Made by a program: the position numbers and the translations under genes
Notes under the pieces: generated by a model
The model's input: only the letters and a program-made list of their open reading frames with translations
What the model was told of the DNA's origin: nothing
Databases searched by the model: none
In this document: piece by piece, positions 1-8,914 of the stretch
How the letters are laid out: the number at the start of each line of letters is the position of its first letter
Numbering within the stretch: position 1 is the first letter of the stretch
NCBI GenBank assembly: GCA_964647565.1
Contig: CAZYIM010000016.1
Coordinates: 1 to 57,539, forward strand
Reading direction: 5' to 3'
DNA: 57,539 nt
Origin: an uncultured Methanosarcinales archaeon
GTDB lineage: Archaea > Nanobdellota > Nanobdellia > Woesearchaeales > CAZYIM01

Positions 1-798
1 GGGAAATTCGTCTCCCCCAATTATCATTTGTTTACCCTCTTTCCAGAAATATTTCTCAATCTTGTTATTTTTAAGCATATTTGTTATGGCTTTGTGAAAT
101 CAATTAGACATGGCAAAAAAAACAACACCTTTTTTGCTTAATGTTTCTAGCGTAGTTAGAACATCATCAAAAGCTCTACAATTTTCTGCGGTGTTTTCAA
201 TCCGTTCGTAGTATTTTCTAACTGCCTCTGTTGTAAGTTCATTTCTTAGGTTCTTGTCTGACACCCCTGCTATTGCTAAAACAGATTCAAAATACCATGT
301 AAGATGGTTTCCGTATTTTCTTTGAATCCACTCAGCAGAAAAGATATCATCTGGAGGGTATGTTATGCCGAGGCCTTTATGCTCCAACAGGTTTTTTGCC
401 CTTTCTATTGCCTCTTTGGCTGTTATTATTATTTGTTCAGGAATGTCTGTCCTTCGTATAAGTGTGTCATCGATATCGAATATGATTGCGGCTAGTTTTT
501 CCAATCCATGTGTCAGCTCATAAATCTTGTTTTTGTTTATACTTAGCTCAAAATCTCGTATGTGGTATATAAGCTTTCCTTTCTTTCCAGACATTTTTTT
601 ATGATTGATGATTCCTGCAGTTTCCATCTTGCAGAGATATTTATAGACTGTAGGCTTTTTGATATTTGTCTGTTTGGAAATATCATAGATGTGTGTTGGT
701 CCGTTTGATACTAGTAGTGAAAGTATGGCTATTTTTTTAGGATTGTCCATGCAGCGGAGGATCCTTATGAACTTATGAATTCTTTGTGTTGTTTTCAT
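1..798 (-). pseudogene. ArsR-like wHTH + HAD-superfamily hydrolase fusion, interrupted by an in-frame TGA at 100-102 (pseudogene, sequencing error or readthrough); runs off window edge
   Basis: N-terminal HTH (IYDISKQTNIKKPTVYKYLCKME); HAD motif I IFDIDDTL; motif II FAMSN. After the TGA the same frame stays open to base 1: FHKAITNMLKNNKIEKYFWKEGKQMIIGGDEFP, a HAD-like continuation. Confidence 0.7.
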
Positions 799-896
799 AA
801 GGGTTGGGAGTGCGTATCTATTTATAAATATTGTCTTTATTTTTACATTCTATAAAACCAGAAGATTTATATTTATAATATATATTCTTTTTGAAG

Positions 897-1043
897 ATGA
901 TGTGTTCGAAAGGCCATAAACTAGAATCTGTAACCTACCAAAAAGATGGTATTGAGGTGATTGCACACTATTGTCATAGTTGTAAGACGGTTCTATTTTC
1001 TCAAGAAGATATTATTCAATTAAACAGGAAAATGATAGGCTAG
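897..1043 (+). CDS. Small 48-aa zinc-ribbon protein (YgiT-type-like), not in ORF track
   Basis: Manual translation MMCSKGHKLESVTYQKDGIEVIAHYCHSCKTVLFSQEDIIQLNRKMIG*, with CxxxH and CxxC pairs. TTTATA box at 866-871, about 26 nt upstream. Stop overlaps the mtnP stop (CTAG). Confidence 0.65.
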   Translation: MMCSKGHKLESVTYQKDGIEVIAHYCHSCKTVLFSQEDIIQLNRKMIG

Positions 1044-1843
1044 ATAAACGCCCCTTTGAGTGCGTCCTTACAGGTGCAGATCCTTTCTTTGGGAATTGTG
1101 GGGATAGCTTCCTCAAGTAGCTTTTTAACATTCTCTATATTCTTTTTCATAGTTGCAATTACTTCATCTGCAGAGACTGGCTTGTTAGCCCATACATCAT
1201 AGTCAGTAACAGTAGCAATGGATACATAACAGATTTCTGCTTCCCTTGCAAGTACGCATTCAGGTGTCAGAGTCATGCCTATAATGTCTGCTTTACCTGA
1301 ACGATATAGCTGGGATTCTGCCTTTGTCGAGAATCTGGGTCCTTCAATTACTACACAAGTGCCTTTTGGTTTGAATGGAATCCTAAGCTTTTTTGCATGC
1401 TTACAAAAATGCACTCTTAATTCAGGACAGATCGGCTCTGCCACACTTATATGACAGACCTGGGGACCAGGATAGAAAGTGGTTTCCCTTCTGTAGGTTC
1501 GATCAACAAATTGATTTGTAAAAACCATGTGGCCTGGTTTGATTTCTTCTTTGAGAGATCCAACGGCACCAACACCAATAATGAATTTAACTCCAAGCTC
1601 CTTTAAGGCCCAAATGTTGGCTCTGCTATTGACATTAGAAGGCATGATAGTGTGGCATTTGCCATGTCTGGGTATGAACGCTACCTTTTTGCCCTTGAAG
1701 TTACCAACAGTTATGAAATCAGAAGGTGCGCCGTAAGGCGTGTGCATCTTAAACTCTTTGGAGTCCTTCAGCAGGTTAGGATCATAGACTCCTGAACCAC
1801 CTATAAGTCCAATTTCTACATCCCTGGCTAATTTTTCATTCAT
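1040..1843 (-). CDS. mtnP: S-methyl-5'-thioadenosine phosphorylase
   Basis: IGLIGGSG, TPYGAPS, FIPRHG, GAVGSL, IEGPRFST, IGMT..PE..LAREAEICY, VTDYD motifs of PNP/MTAP family 2. Confidence 0.93.
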   Translation of the reverse strand: MNEKLARDVEIGLIGGSGVYDPNLLKDSKEFKMHTPYGAPSDFITVGNFKGKKVAFIPRHGKCHTIMPSNVNSRANIWALKELGVKFIIGVGAVGSLKEEIKPGHMVFTNQFVDRTYRRETTFYPGPQVCHISVAEPICPELRVHFCKHAKKLRIPFKPKGTCVVIEGPRFSTKAESQLYRSGKADIIGMTLTPECVLAREAEICYVSIATVTDYDVWANKPVSADEVIATMKKNIENVKKLLEEAIPTIPKERICTCKDALKGAFI

Positions 1844-1944
1844 TCTAATCCCTTTATAGAGGAGAAAGCCAGAATTTTATATAAAGATTACTATTTCAAA
1901 ATGAAAACAAAAGACTTAATTAGGACGAACAGTTATTTTTTACA

Positions 1945-2832
1945 ATGAATCCCTTCCTGAAGCGATACATTGAACTTGGAGAAGTCTTTGATCCTGCTGA
2001 AGTTACTGTAAAGAATGCCTTGAGAGTAAACAATTCTAAGATTGAAGAAAAAAAGCTTTTTATTCGGCTTGAGAAAGAAAGTGTTAAACTTGAAAAAGTG
2101 GATTTTCTAGATCATGGATATTTCTATGAAGCTGATTTTTCAATGGGATCGACACCAGAATATTTGTTGGGTTACTATTATCTTCAAGAGGCAGCATCTC
2201 AACTGCCCGCGCAGGTGCTTGATGTAAAACCAGGAGAAATTGTGCTAGATATGGCTTCTGCGCCAGGCTCTAAAACTACTCAGATAGCTCAATATATGCA
2301 GGATAAGGGTGTTATTATTGCGTTGGATAATAATATACATAGATTGGCATCTGTAAGGAACAATCTTGAACGTTTAGGCATTAAAAATACCATTCTATTC
2401 AAGAAAGATGCTCGTTTTGCCTTTGACTTGGGTATTAAGTTCGACAAGGTTCTTCTTGATGCGCCATGCTCTGGCAACTTCTGTGTTGAAGATGGCTGGT
2501 TTGATAAGCGGGATATCTTTGGCATAAAAGCAGTTTCTAAAATACAAAAGGAGTTACTGAAAGCAGCTATCAAAGTGCTGAAAAAGGATGGTGTTCTTGT
2601 TTATTCTACTTGCTCGCTCGAACCTGAGGAGAACGAATTGGCCCTGAACTGGTTGCTGAAAAAATTCGATAATATCTTTCTTGAAGAAACAGGCTTGCGT
2701 GTTGGCCAACCAGGCTATACAAATGTCTTCGGAGAAGAGTTGAATCCTGAACTTTCTAAGACTAGAAGATTATGGCCGCATAAGACAGGGACTGAGGGTT
2801 TTTTCGTAGCCAAGATTCGAAAAACCGGTTAA
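1945..2832 (+). CDS. RsmB/NOP2/Sun family RNA m5C methyltransferase
   Basis: YLQEAAS, VLDMASAPGSKT, LLDAPCSG, LVYSTCSLEPEENE, GFFVA motifs. Confidence 0.95.
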   Translation: MNPFLKRYIELGEVFDPAEVTVKNALRVNNSKIEEKKLFIRLEKESVKLEKVDFLDHGYFYEADFSMGSTPEYLLGYYYLQEAASQLPAQVLDVKPGEIVLDMASAPGSKTTQIAQYMQDKGVIIALDNNIHRLASVRNNLERLGIKNTILFKKDARFAFDLGIKFDKVLLDAPCSGNFCVEDGWFDKRDIFGIKAVSKIQKELLKAAIKVLKKDGVLVYSTCSLEPEENELALNWLLKKFDNIFLEETGLRVGQPGYTNVFGEELNPELSKTRRLWPHKTGTEGFFVAKIRKTG

Positions 2833-2888
2833 TAATTTCTTTTTAACAGTTTCTTTATAGCTAGGATTAGGAAAATTAATGATTTAAG

Positions 2889-2896
2889 AAAAAAAA
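2889..2896 (-). terminator. Oligo-T terminator of 5S rRNA
   Basis: T8 tract on the minus strand immediately after the 5S 3' end. Confidence 0.6.
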
Positions 2897-3012
2897 GGTG
2901 GACAGCTTTCCTGGGTTCCCGCGCAAAACGCAGTACAACCAAGAACGTTGGCGGGCTTAACTTCTGAGTTCGAAATGGGATCAGGTGTAACCCCGTCACT
3001 ATGACCGTCCAA
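2897..3012 (-). rRNA. rrf: 5S ribosomal RNA, archaeal type, stand-alone
   Basis: Minus strand reads TTGGACGGTCATAGTGACGGGGTTACACCTGATCCCATTTCGAACTCAGAAGTTAAGCCCGCC...GTACT...GGGAA...CTGTCCACC. Terminal helix TGGACGG/CTGTCCA; about 116 nt; ends approximate. Confidence 0.95.
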
Positions 3013-3030
3013 GACGATGGAAATAGAATT

Positions 3031-3046
3031 GATTTATAAAGTTTTC
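3031..3046 (-). promoter_or_regulatory. BRE/TATA promoter of 5S rRNA
   Basis: Minus strand GAAAAC-TTTATAAA, ending about 20 nt upstream of the 5S 5' end. Confidence 0.7.
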
Positions 3047-3106
3047 TTTATATTCTCTATATGACTTAAGAAAGCTAGCTCATTAATTTTTTAGAAAAAT
3101 ATACGC

Positions 3107-3955
3107 TCAAGATTGAAAATCCTGCTTTACACGGCTTATATCCTCTTTGAGTACTTCCATAGTCTCTTTGAAGCCCATATAAATATGCTGTAAGAGTTCA
3201 CTATCTGATACCTTATCTGCAACATCTGTTGCTAATCCGAGCCCTTTTTCAGTTATTGATGTTTCATTTTCAAGTTTCTGATTTAACGTGTCTTCATCAG
3301 AAATATCTGTTGCTATTCTTTGGCGAGCGTGTTTATACAGGCTTTCAGCTCTTTGTTCTGTTTTGGAACCATAAGTTATTAATTTTTTTCCCAGATTAAA
3401 CATTTTTTCTTTTATATCTTCTATGGCTTGATCTTTTTGATCCTGTCCTCGTTTTTCAAGCTCGAGCAGCTTTTCAGTATTTTCTGTGCGTGTATAATAG
3501 GCTCTTTTTGCTTTATCTCTTAAGCTTAACAAATAGGGTTGGTCTAATAGGGCTTTTAGCTTTCTTTTTCCAAATAAGTATGCCATTGCAAGTCCCCTTA
3601 GGCCGTTGGAGACATCATTTATCCTTTTGAATTCTCTTTCAAAGAAATTCATGTCCTTTTCTTGGTTTTCGAATTGGGCATTTAGATCTATTGTTTCATA
3701 ATTTTCTGGAATATTTAGCTCTCTTTTAAGAGCGTCCTCGAGCTTTTGGTGAACATCTCCAACCACTTTTTTGGCTAGTTCTCTAGTCTTTCTCATAGCT
3801 ATCTGTTCAGGTGTTGGTGCTGCTGCATCCTTTTCTCTTTTTTTCTGGATTTTTTCTAGCTTTTTGGTTGTATTCTTTAATACTGAACCCGCACTTTCAC
3901 GTGCTTTTTTCATTCTAGCTCTTAGTTCTTCTGGAGCTAGATGTCCTGTTGTCAT
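3107..3955 (-). CDS. Hypothetical helical/coiled-coil protein
   Basis: 282-aa K/E-rich ORF, no recognisable motif; TTTAAA box about 25 nt upstream. Confidence 0.75.
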   Translation of the reverse strand: MTTGHLAPEELRARMKKARESAGSVLKNTTKKLEKIQKKREKDAAAPTPEQIAMRKTRELAKKVVGDVHQKLEDALKRELNIPENYETIDLNAQFENQEKDMNFFEREFKRINDVSNGLRGLAMAYLFGKRKLKALLDQPYLLSLRDKAKRAYYTRTENTEKLLELEKRGQDQKDQAIEDIKEKMFNLGKKLITYGSKTEQRAESLYKHARQRIATDISDEDTLNQKLENETSITEKGLGLATDVADKVSDSELLQHIYMGFKETMEVLKEDISRVKQDFQS

Positions 3956-4088
3956 TTTAAACTAAAGAAAAGCAGTGTTTTTTTTAAATATTTTGATTAT
4001 ATTCACTTTTTAGTGGTTAATCATTTCCGTTATTTCTATATTTTCTACAAGGATAATCTTTTTAAACATTCTAGTATATCTTTTTAAT

Positions 4089-5390
4089 ATGAAAATAACC
4101 ATGTTTGGTTCTGGTTATGTCGGCTTGGTTACAGGAGTGTGCTTTGCTGACCATGGCAATGATGTCATCTGTGTTGATATTGATAAGAAGAAGATAGAAA
4201 GTCTTTCAAAGGGAGAAATACCTATTTATGAGCCTGGATTGAAGGAGCTGCTTGAGAGATCCCTTAAACAGGGGAGAATTCTATTCACAACAGACGCTGA
4301 AAAAGCAATCCAGGATTCTGAGATACTCTTTATAACTGTAGGTACACCCCAAGAGACAAGTGGCAAGGCAGATCTTAGTTATGTGCTTGATGTAGCAAAA
4401 ACAATTGGTAAGCACATAAATGGCTACAAGATTATTGTTGATAAGAGCACGGTGCCCGTTGGTACCGCAGATAGAGTGACCAGAGAAATAAGGTCGTCAA
4501 TGAAAAAAAAATGTGTGTTTGATGTTGTCTCAAATCCCGAATTCTTAAAAGAAGGGGCTGCTATTAAAGATTTTCAAAATCCTGATAGGGTTGTGATAGG
4601 CTGCAGCAACGATAGACCTAAAGAAAAGATGAAGCAGCTCTATAAGCCCATGGCACGGGCCAATCGGCCGATACTTTTTATGAGTGTAAAGAGTGCAGAG
4701 CTTACCAAGTATGCCTCTAATGCCATGCTAGCAACAAGGATTAGCTTTATGAACGAACTTTCCCACCTCTGTGAAGAGATTGGTGCTGACATAAAACAGG
4801 TAGCTAAGGGCATGGGCATGGATACCCGTATAGGATCTAGATTTCTTTCAGCAGGAGTTGGTTATGGGGGTTCTTGTTTTCCAAAAGATGTCCGCGCTTT
4901 AGCACATGTCTTAGAAGTAAAGGGTCACAAGACCAACATCCTACGCGCAGTTGATTATGCTAATGAATTGCAGAAAAAATCAGTGGTTCCTAAGTTGAAA
5001 AAACTTCTTAAGAACCTGGATGGTAAGAAAATAGCTATCTGGGGTTTAAGCTTCAAGCCAAAGACAGACGATATGAGAGAGGCGCCGTCCCTTACAGTCA
5101 TAGATCAATTACAGGATGAATATGCTCATGTGTCTGCTTATGATCCTGAATCTATGGAGAACGCAAAGAAATACTTATCTAAAGTGAGTTTTACCGCCAC
5201 CTCTTATGAGGCTCTTAAAGAGGCAGATGCGCTCATAATACTGACTGAATGGGATGAGTTTCGAAGCCCTGATTTTGAGAAGATGAAAAAATTGATGAAA
5301 CAATCCATAATAATAGATGGTAGAAATATCTATGATCCTGATGAGATCACAAAACTTGGTTTTAACTATGTGGGTATTGGCAGGTCCTAG
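4089..5390 (+). CDS. ugd: UDP-glucose/GDP-mannose dehydrogenase family (UDP-glucose 6-dehydrogenase)
   Basis: GSGYVG, KSTVPVGT, SNPEFLKEG, GYGGSCFPKD, GLSFKPKTDDMREAP, DGRN. Confidence 0.95.
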   Translation: MKITMFGSGYVGLVTGVCFADHGNDVICVDIDKKKIESLSKGEIPIYEPGLKELLERSLKQGRILFTTDAEKAIQDSEILFITVGTPQETSGKADLSYVLDVAKTIGKHINGYKIIVDKSTVPVGTADRVTREIRSSMKKKCVFDVVSNPEFLKEGAAIKDFQNPDRVVIGCSNDRPKEKMKQLYKPMARANRPILFMSVKSAELTKYASNAMLATRISFMNELSHLCEEIGADIKQVAKGMGMDTRIGSRFLSAGVGYGGSCFPKDVRALAHVLEVKGHKTNILRAVDYANELQKKSVVPKLKKLLKNLDGKKIAIWGLSFKPKTDDMREAPSLTVIDQLQDEYAHVSAYDPESMENAKKYLSKVSFTATSYEALKEADALIILTEWDEFRSPDFEKMKKLMKQSIIIDGRNIYDPDEITKLGFNYVGIGRS

Positions 5391-5593
5391 TCAAGATATC
5401 CCAGGCTTCTTAATCTTTCTTTAACTTTCTCTTCATCCTCTTCAGAATGTTTTTCATCTTTAGTCGAGTCCAACTTTGCAACGACTTGCTCGAGAATGTA
5501 GTTTACATAAGCTTCTATATTCTTGAATTCATCTGACTCGTCAACCCTTTTTTGTAGCCTGTCTGCAATCTTCTTGTTTAGTTCTATCTTCAT
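5387..5593 (-). CDS. Small ribbon-helix-helix (CopG-like) protein with C-terminal RLRSLGYL motif
   Basis: Beta-helix-helix pattern MKIEL-NKKIADRLQKRV-NIEAYVNYILEQVV; acidic linker; tail VKERLRSLGYLD. ATGA-coupled to the upstream gene. Confidence 0.75.
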   Translation of the reverse strand: MKIELNKKIADRLQKRVDESDEFKNIEAYVNYILEQVVAKLDSTKDEKHSEEDEEKVKERLRSLGYLD

Positions 5594-6306
5594 TTTTCCT
5601 CCAGAATAATATCTTTAAAATCAGTTATCTTTGGATTATCGAGATCTTTGAAACTAGTGCTCCAGAAACCATATTCAGAATGATCACCGAACATGCCTAC
5701 AGCTTTCATCCCATGATCTGAGAGCACGATCAATTTATTAGCTTTTTCCTTTGCCTTTGCTACAATCTCATCCAGATCTTTATATATCAATTTAATCATG
5801 ATGCTATTGCCAAAATTTAAATGCCCAATGACATCCGCTATACTAAAATAGCCAAGTACAAAATCATGCTCTCCTTCAAGAGCTTTGAGAAACTCGTCTT
5901 TGATTTCTCTGTGATGGTCAAAAGCGTCTTTATTGTATTCCTTTCTGACAGCCTCTTTCTCATCTCCTTGTTTCTCAAAGAACTGCTTTAGAAGTTCCCG
6001 TGATCTGTCATGTACTTTTGTATCGTAATTAAAGCCTGGAAGATCCAAAACGAGTGGATTCTTGAAATCGACAAAGAAAGTATCTTTAACATCAAACTGA
6101 GTATTCCACATTTCTTTGTCCCCTTTAGCTAATATTTCTGCTTCTTTGTTTTGCCCTGTCATAAAAGAACTCCAGAGTACCATCGTCCTTGGTTCAGAGA
6201 ACTCAGAAATGTCTGTTTTACCATAAAATTGTTGTTTTAGATTAATACAATCAAACTTTTCAACAAGCTCATGTTCTAATGCATCTATAGCTACAATTAT
6301 TATCAT
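5590..6306 (-). CDS. Alkaline-phosphatase-superfamily (phosphodiesterase/sulfatase-like) protein
   Basis: IVAIDAL, T..LWSSFMTG (Thr nucleophile region), D..GH, LSDHG, H motifs. Start moved to ATG 6306, 1 nt after the cysN stop. Confidence 0.8.
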   Translation of the reverse strand: MIIIVAIDALEHELVEKFDCINLKQQFYGKTDISEFSEPRTMVLWSSFMTGQNKEAEILAKGDKEMWNTQFDVKDTFFVDFKNPLVLDLPGFNYDTKVHDRSRELLKQFFEKQGDEKEAVRKEYNKDAFDHHREIKDEFLKALEGEHDFVLGYFSIADVIGHLNFGNSIMIKLIYKDLDEIVAKAKEKANKLIVLSDHGMKAVGMFGDHSEYGFWSTSFKDLDNPKITDFKDIILEEK

Positions 6307-6307
6307 T

Positions 6308-7537
6308 TTAGTCCTCAGTGATAATCCCGCCTGCACATGTATCTTTTCTTTGAAGGACAAATCTGCCAAGTTCTTGTACCTTGTTAAAATTCTCAATTAC
6401 AATAGGATTTTCTGTCTTTATGATTACATCGGCGACTTCCCTGTTTTTTATCTGATCAACATCTTCGCCGATGATTTCAAGGGTTGATGAATTGACAACC
6501 TTGATAATCTTTTCTATATCACACATCTCTTCTTGGGTTGAGCATTTCAAGAGCAGTCTTTCTTCTTTTTTGAATGGTTGTTTATCCATCCAGAAAAGGT
6601 GCCCCTTTATTTCGTTGGTTATAGTAGGCAGATCTTCTTTATGAGTTATAACATTGCCCCTGTCAATAAATAGCTTGTCCTTAGTGACAATACCCGTACT
6701 CTTTCCTGCTTCTGCAGATTTCACATCATCTTTACCAAACTCCTCAATACTTACAACAGTAGTCTCTTCTTCTGAGGGTAATATCTTAATCTCATCACCT
6801 TCCTTTATACTGCCACTCTCAACTCTTCCTGCAATTATTCTCTTTTCCCATTTATAGACATCCTGCACAGGTAGTCTCAAAGGCTTTTTGTTGGCTGATT
6901 CCCTGACATGGAAGCTGTCCAATGCCTCGAGTACTGTAGGTCCGTCATACCAATCCATATGTTTTGATTTTTTTGCTACGAAGTCTCCTTCTTTTGCAGA
7001 AATAGGGATGAGATAGGTTGGTTTGATGTTGATCTTGTCAAGAAACTCTAAGAGTTCTTTCTTAACTTCTTTAAACCTTTCTTGTTTGTATTCTACAAGA
7101 TCCATCTTGTTGATAACTACAATCACCTGGTCAAGACCGAGCATGCTTAGAATATATGCATGTCTCCTGGTCTGTTCCTGTACACCCTCTTTTGCATCTA
7201 CTATCAGAATAGCTGCTTCTGCTTGCGAAGCGCCTGTTATCATGTTCTTGATAAATTCAACGTGGCCAGGAGCATCAATAATAGTATACTGTCTGTTCTT
7301 GGTCTGGAAGAACGTTTGGGTGGTATCTATAGTTATCCCTTGATCCCTTTCCTCTTCAAGATGATCCAGCAGGAAGCCAAATTCTAACTCTTTACCCAGA
7401 GCCTCACATATACTTTTGAGTTCTTCGATCTTGCCTTCTGGCAATGAATCTGTATCAAAGAATAACCTTCCAATGAGGGTTGATTTTCCGTGATCAATAT
7501 GTCCGACAATAACTAGCTTCAGATTCTCTTCTTTCAT
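6308..7537 (-). CDS. cysN: Sulfate adenylyltransferase GTPase subunit (no fused APS kinase)
   Basis: GHIDHGKSTL, ERDQGITID, DAPGH, NMITGASQA, NKMD; in an operon with cysD. Confidence 0.9.
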   Translation of the reverse strand: MKEENLKLVIVGHIDHGKSTLIGRLFFDTDSLPEGKIEELKSICEALGKELEFGFLLDHLEEERDQGITIDTTQTFFQTKNRQYTIIDAPGHVEFIKNMITGASQAEAAILIVDAKEGVQEQTRRHAYILSMLGLDQVIVVINKMDLVEYKQERFKEVKKELLEFLDKINIKPTYLIPISAKEGDFVAKKSKHMDWYDGPTVLEALDSFHVRESANKKPLRLPVQDVYKWEKRIIAGRVESGSIKEGDEIKILPSEEETTVVSIEEFGKDDVKSAEAGKSTGIVTKDKLFIDRGNVITHKEDLPTITNEIKGHLFWMDKQPFKKEERLLLKCSTQEEMCDIEKIIKVVNSSTLEIIGEDVDQIKNREVADVIIKTENPIVIENFNKVQELGRFVLQRKDTCAGGIITED

Positions 7538-7539
7538 TT

Positions 7540-7785
7540 TTATTCCTCTTCTTCTGTTAAATCTTCAATAGGTAAGGCTGTAATCCTACCCCATTTAATC
7601 TGATCCCACACTCTTTCGTGTGAATAATAAATAGCCAATTTTAAAATAAGCTCAACACCGCCTATAGTTGCTGCTAAGACCAATTCTCCTGTGAAAATGT
7701 AGACTAGGCCTGCTGTTGTCAGGGTTGCAGTGAGCCTCCAACTAAGGCTCTTTATCAGACTTCTTAATTTAGATTCAGTTCTCAT
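7540..7785 (-). CDS. DUF2061-like small membrane protein
   Basis: RSLIKSLSWRL...YYSHERVW signature; two hydrophobic helices. Confidence 0.8.
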   Translation of the reverse strand: MRTESKLRSLIKSLSWRLTATLTTAGLVYIFTGELVLAATIGGVELILKLAIYYSHERVWDQIKWGRITALPIEDLTEEEE

Positions 7786-7786
7786 C

Positions 7787-8587
7787 CTACATATACCCCA
7801 AGCTTCTTAGTTTCTGCATTGCATGCGCCTCTTCCTTGTCTTGGGCTCTACCTGATCTTTCTGATGTCTTGTTTTCAATAACTTCTTTGACTATCTTGTC
7901 AACATCATCTGCTTTACTGTCGATAGGATTAGTGCACGGCACACATCCTAGACTCCTGTATCTCTTGCCATTCTTAGCAAAGTAGAGTGGATTGACAGGA
8001 AGTTTTTCTCTTTTTGTATACTCCCAGATATCAATTTCAGTCCAATGCAGCAAAGGATGTACTCTTAAGTGTTGTTCGTGTTCTTTTTGGGTCTTGAACT
8101 GGTCCCATAGTTCAGGAGGTTGATCCTTGTAGTTCCATTTGAAATCTACATTTCTTGGAGAAAACACCCTTTCCTTTGCTCTAACACCATGTTCGTCTCT
8201 TCTGATACCTAGCAGCAATGCATCGAATTTTTTTTCTGCAATACATCTTTTCAGGGCCTCTGTTTTCCTTAGATTGCAGCATTCGATCTTAGCTTCAGGT
8301 CCGATGCCTTTTTTATCTGCCTCTTCTGCGGTTGTTGCAACAATTAAGTTTAGATCCCATTCTTTGACGCACCAATCTCTAAAAGCATACATCTCCTTGA
8401 ATTTGAGCCCTGTATCGATGTGTATTACTGGAAATGGTATTTTTCCATAGAATGCCTTTTTACAGAGCCAGACGAGTGTGGTAGAATCTTTTCCGACACT
8501 CCAGAGCATTGCGATCTTCTTGAATTTCTTGTATGCCTCACGTATTATATACACGCTTTGGCTTTCTAAATTATCCAGATGGTCCAT
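7787..8587 (-). CDS. cysD: Sulfate adenylyltransferase subunit 2
   Basis: LESQSVYIIREA, WSVGKDS, HIDTG, GIRRDE..RAKERVFSPR, RVHPLLHWTE, YRSLGC, SERSGRAQD. Confidence 0.93.
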   Translation of the reverse strand: MDHLDNLESQSVYIIREAYKKFKKIAMLWSVGKDSTTLVWLCKKAFYGKIPFPVIHIDTGLKFKEMYAFRDWCVKEWDLNLIVATTAEEADKKGIGPEAKIECCNLRKTEALKRCIAEKKFDALLLGIRRDEHGVRAKERVFSPRNVDFKWNYKDQPPELWDQFKTQKEHEQHLRVHPLLHWTEIDIWEYTKREKLPVNPLYFAKNGKRYRSLGCVPCTNPIDSKADDVDKIVKEVIENKTSERSGRAQDKEEAHAMQKLRSLGYM

Positions 8588-8596
8588 TTTTTTTCC

Positions 8597-8914
8597 TCAC
8601 AAGTAACCTAGTTTCTTTAGCTTCTCTTTGATCTTTGTTTCATCCTCTACCTTTGCGTCCTCGGCAAGAATCATTCTCAATAAGAATGTGATGTACTCTG
8701 ATACTGATTGTATATCTGTTTTCCTGATGTTTTCTTTGATTTTCTCAGCAAGTTTGCTTGGAATTGAGACAATAGTTTTTTTCTCATCCAGCTCATTGAA
8801 CACATCTATCATATCTCGCAACAGTTCTTGGTATGATTTATCCCTTTTTGCAGCTAAAACCCTCAACTCTTGCCTTAGGTTTTCAGAAAGTTGTATAGTC
8901 GTGCGATTCTCCAT
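8597..8914 (-). CDS. Tandem ribbon-helix-helix protein with C-terminal KLKKLGYL motif; probable operon regulator
   Basis: RTTIQLSENLRQELRVLA..SYQELLRDMI, then a second unit TIVSIPSKLAEKIK..SVSEYITFLLR. First gene of the cys operon. Confidence 0.75.
   Translation of the reverse strand: MENRTTIQLSENLRQELRVLAAKRDKSYQELLRDMIDVFNELDEKKTIVSIPSKLAEKIKENIRKTDIQSVSEYITFLLRMILAEDAKVEDETKIKEKLKKLGYL

Noticed and set aside
6308..7537. Elongation factor EF-1alpha or SelB
   Set aside because: GTPase motifs are shared, but the sequence and operon context with cysD indicate CysN.
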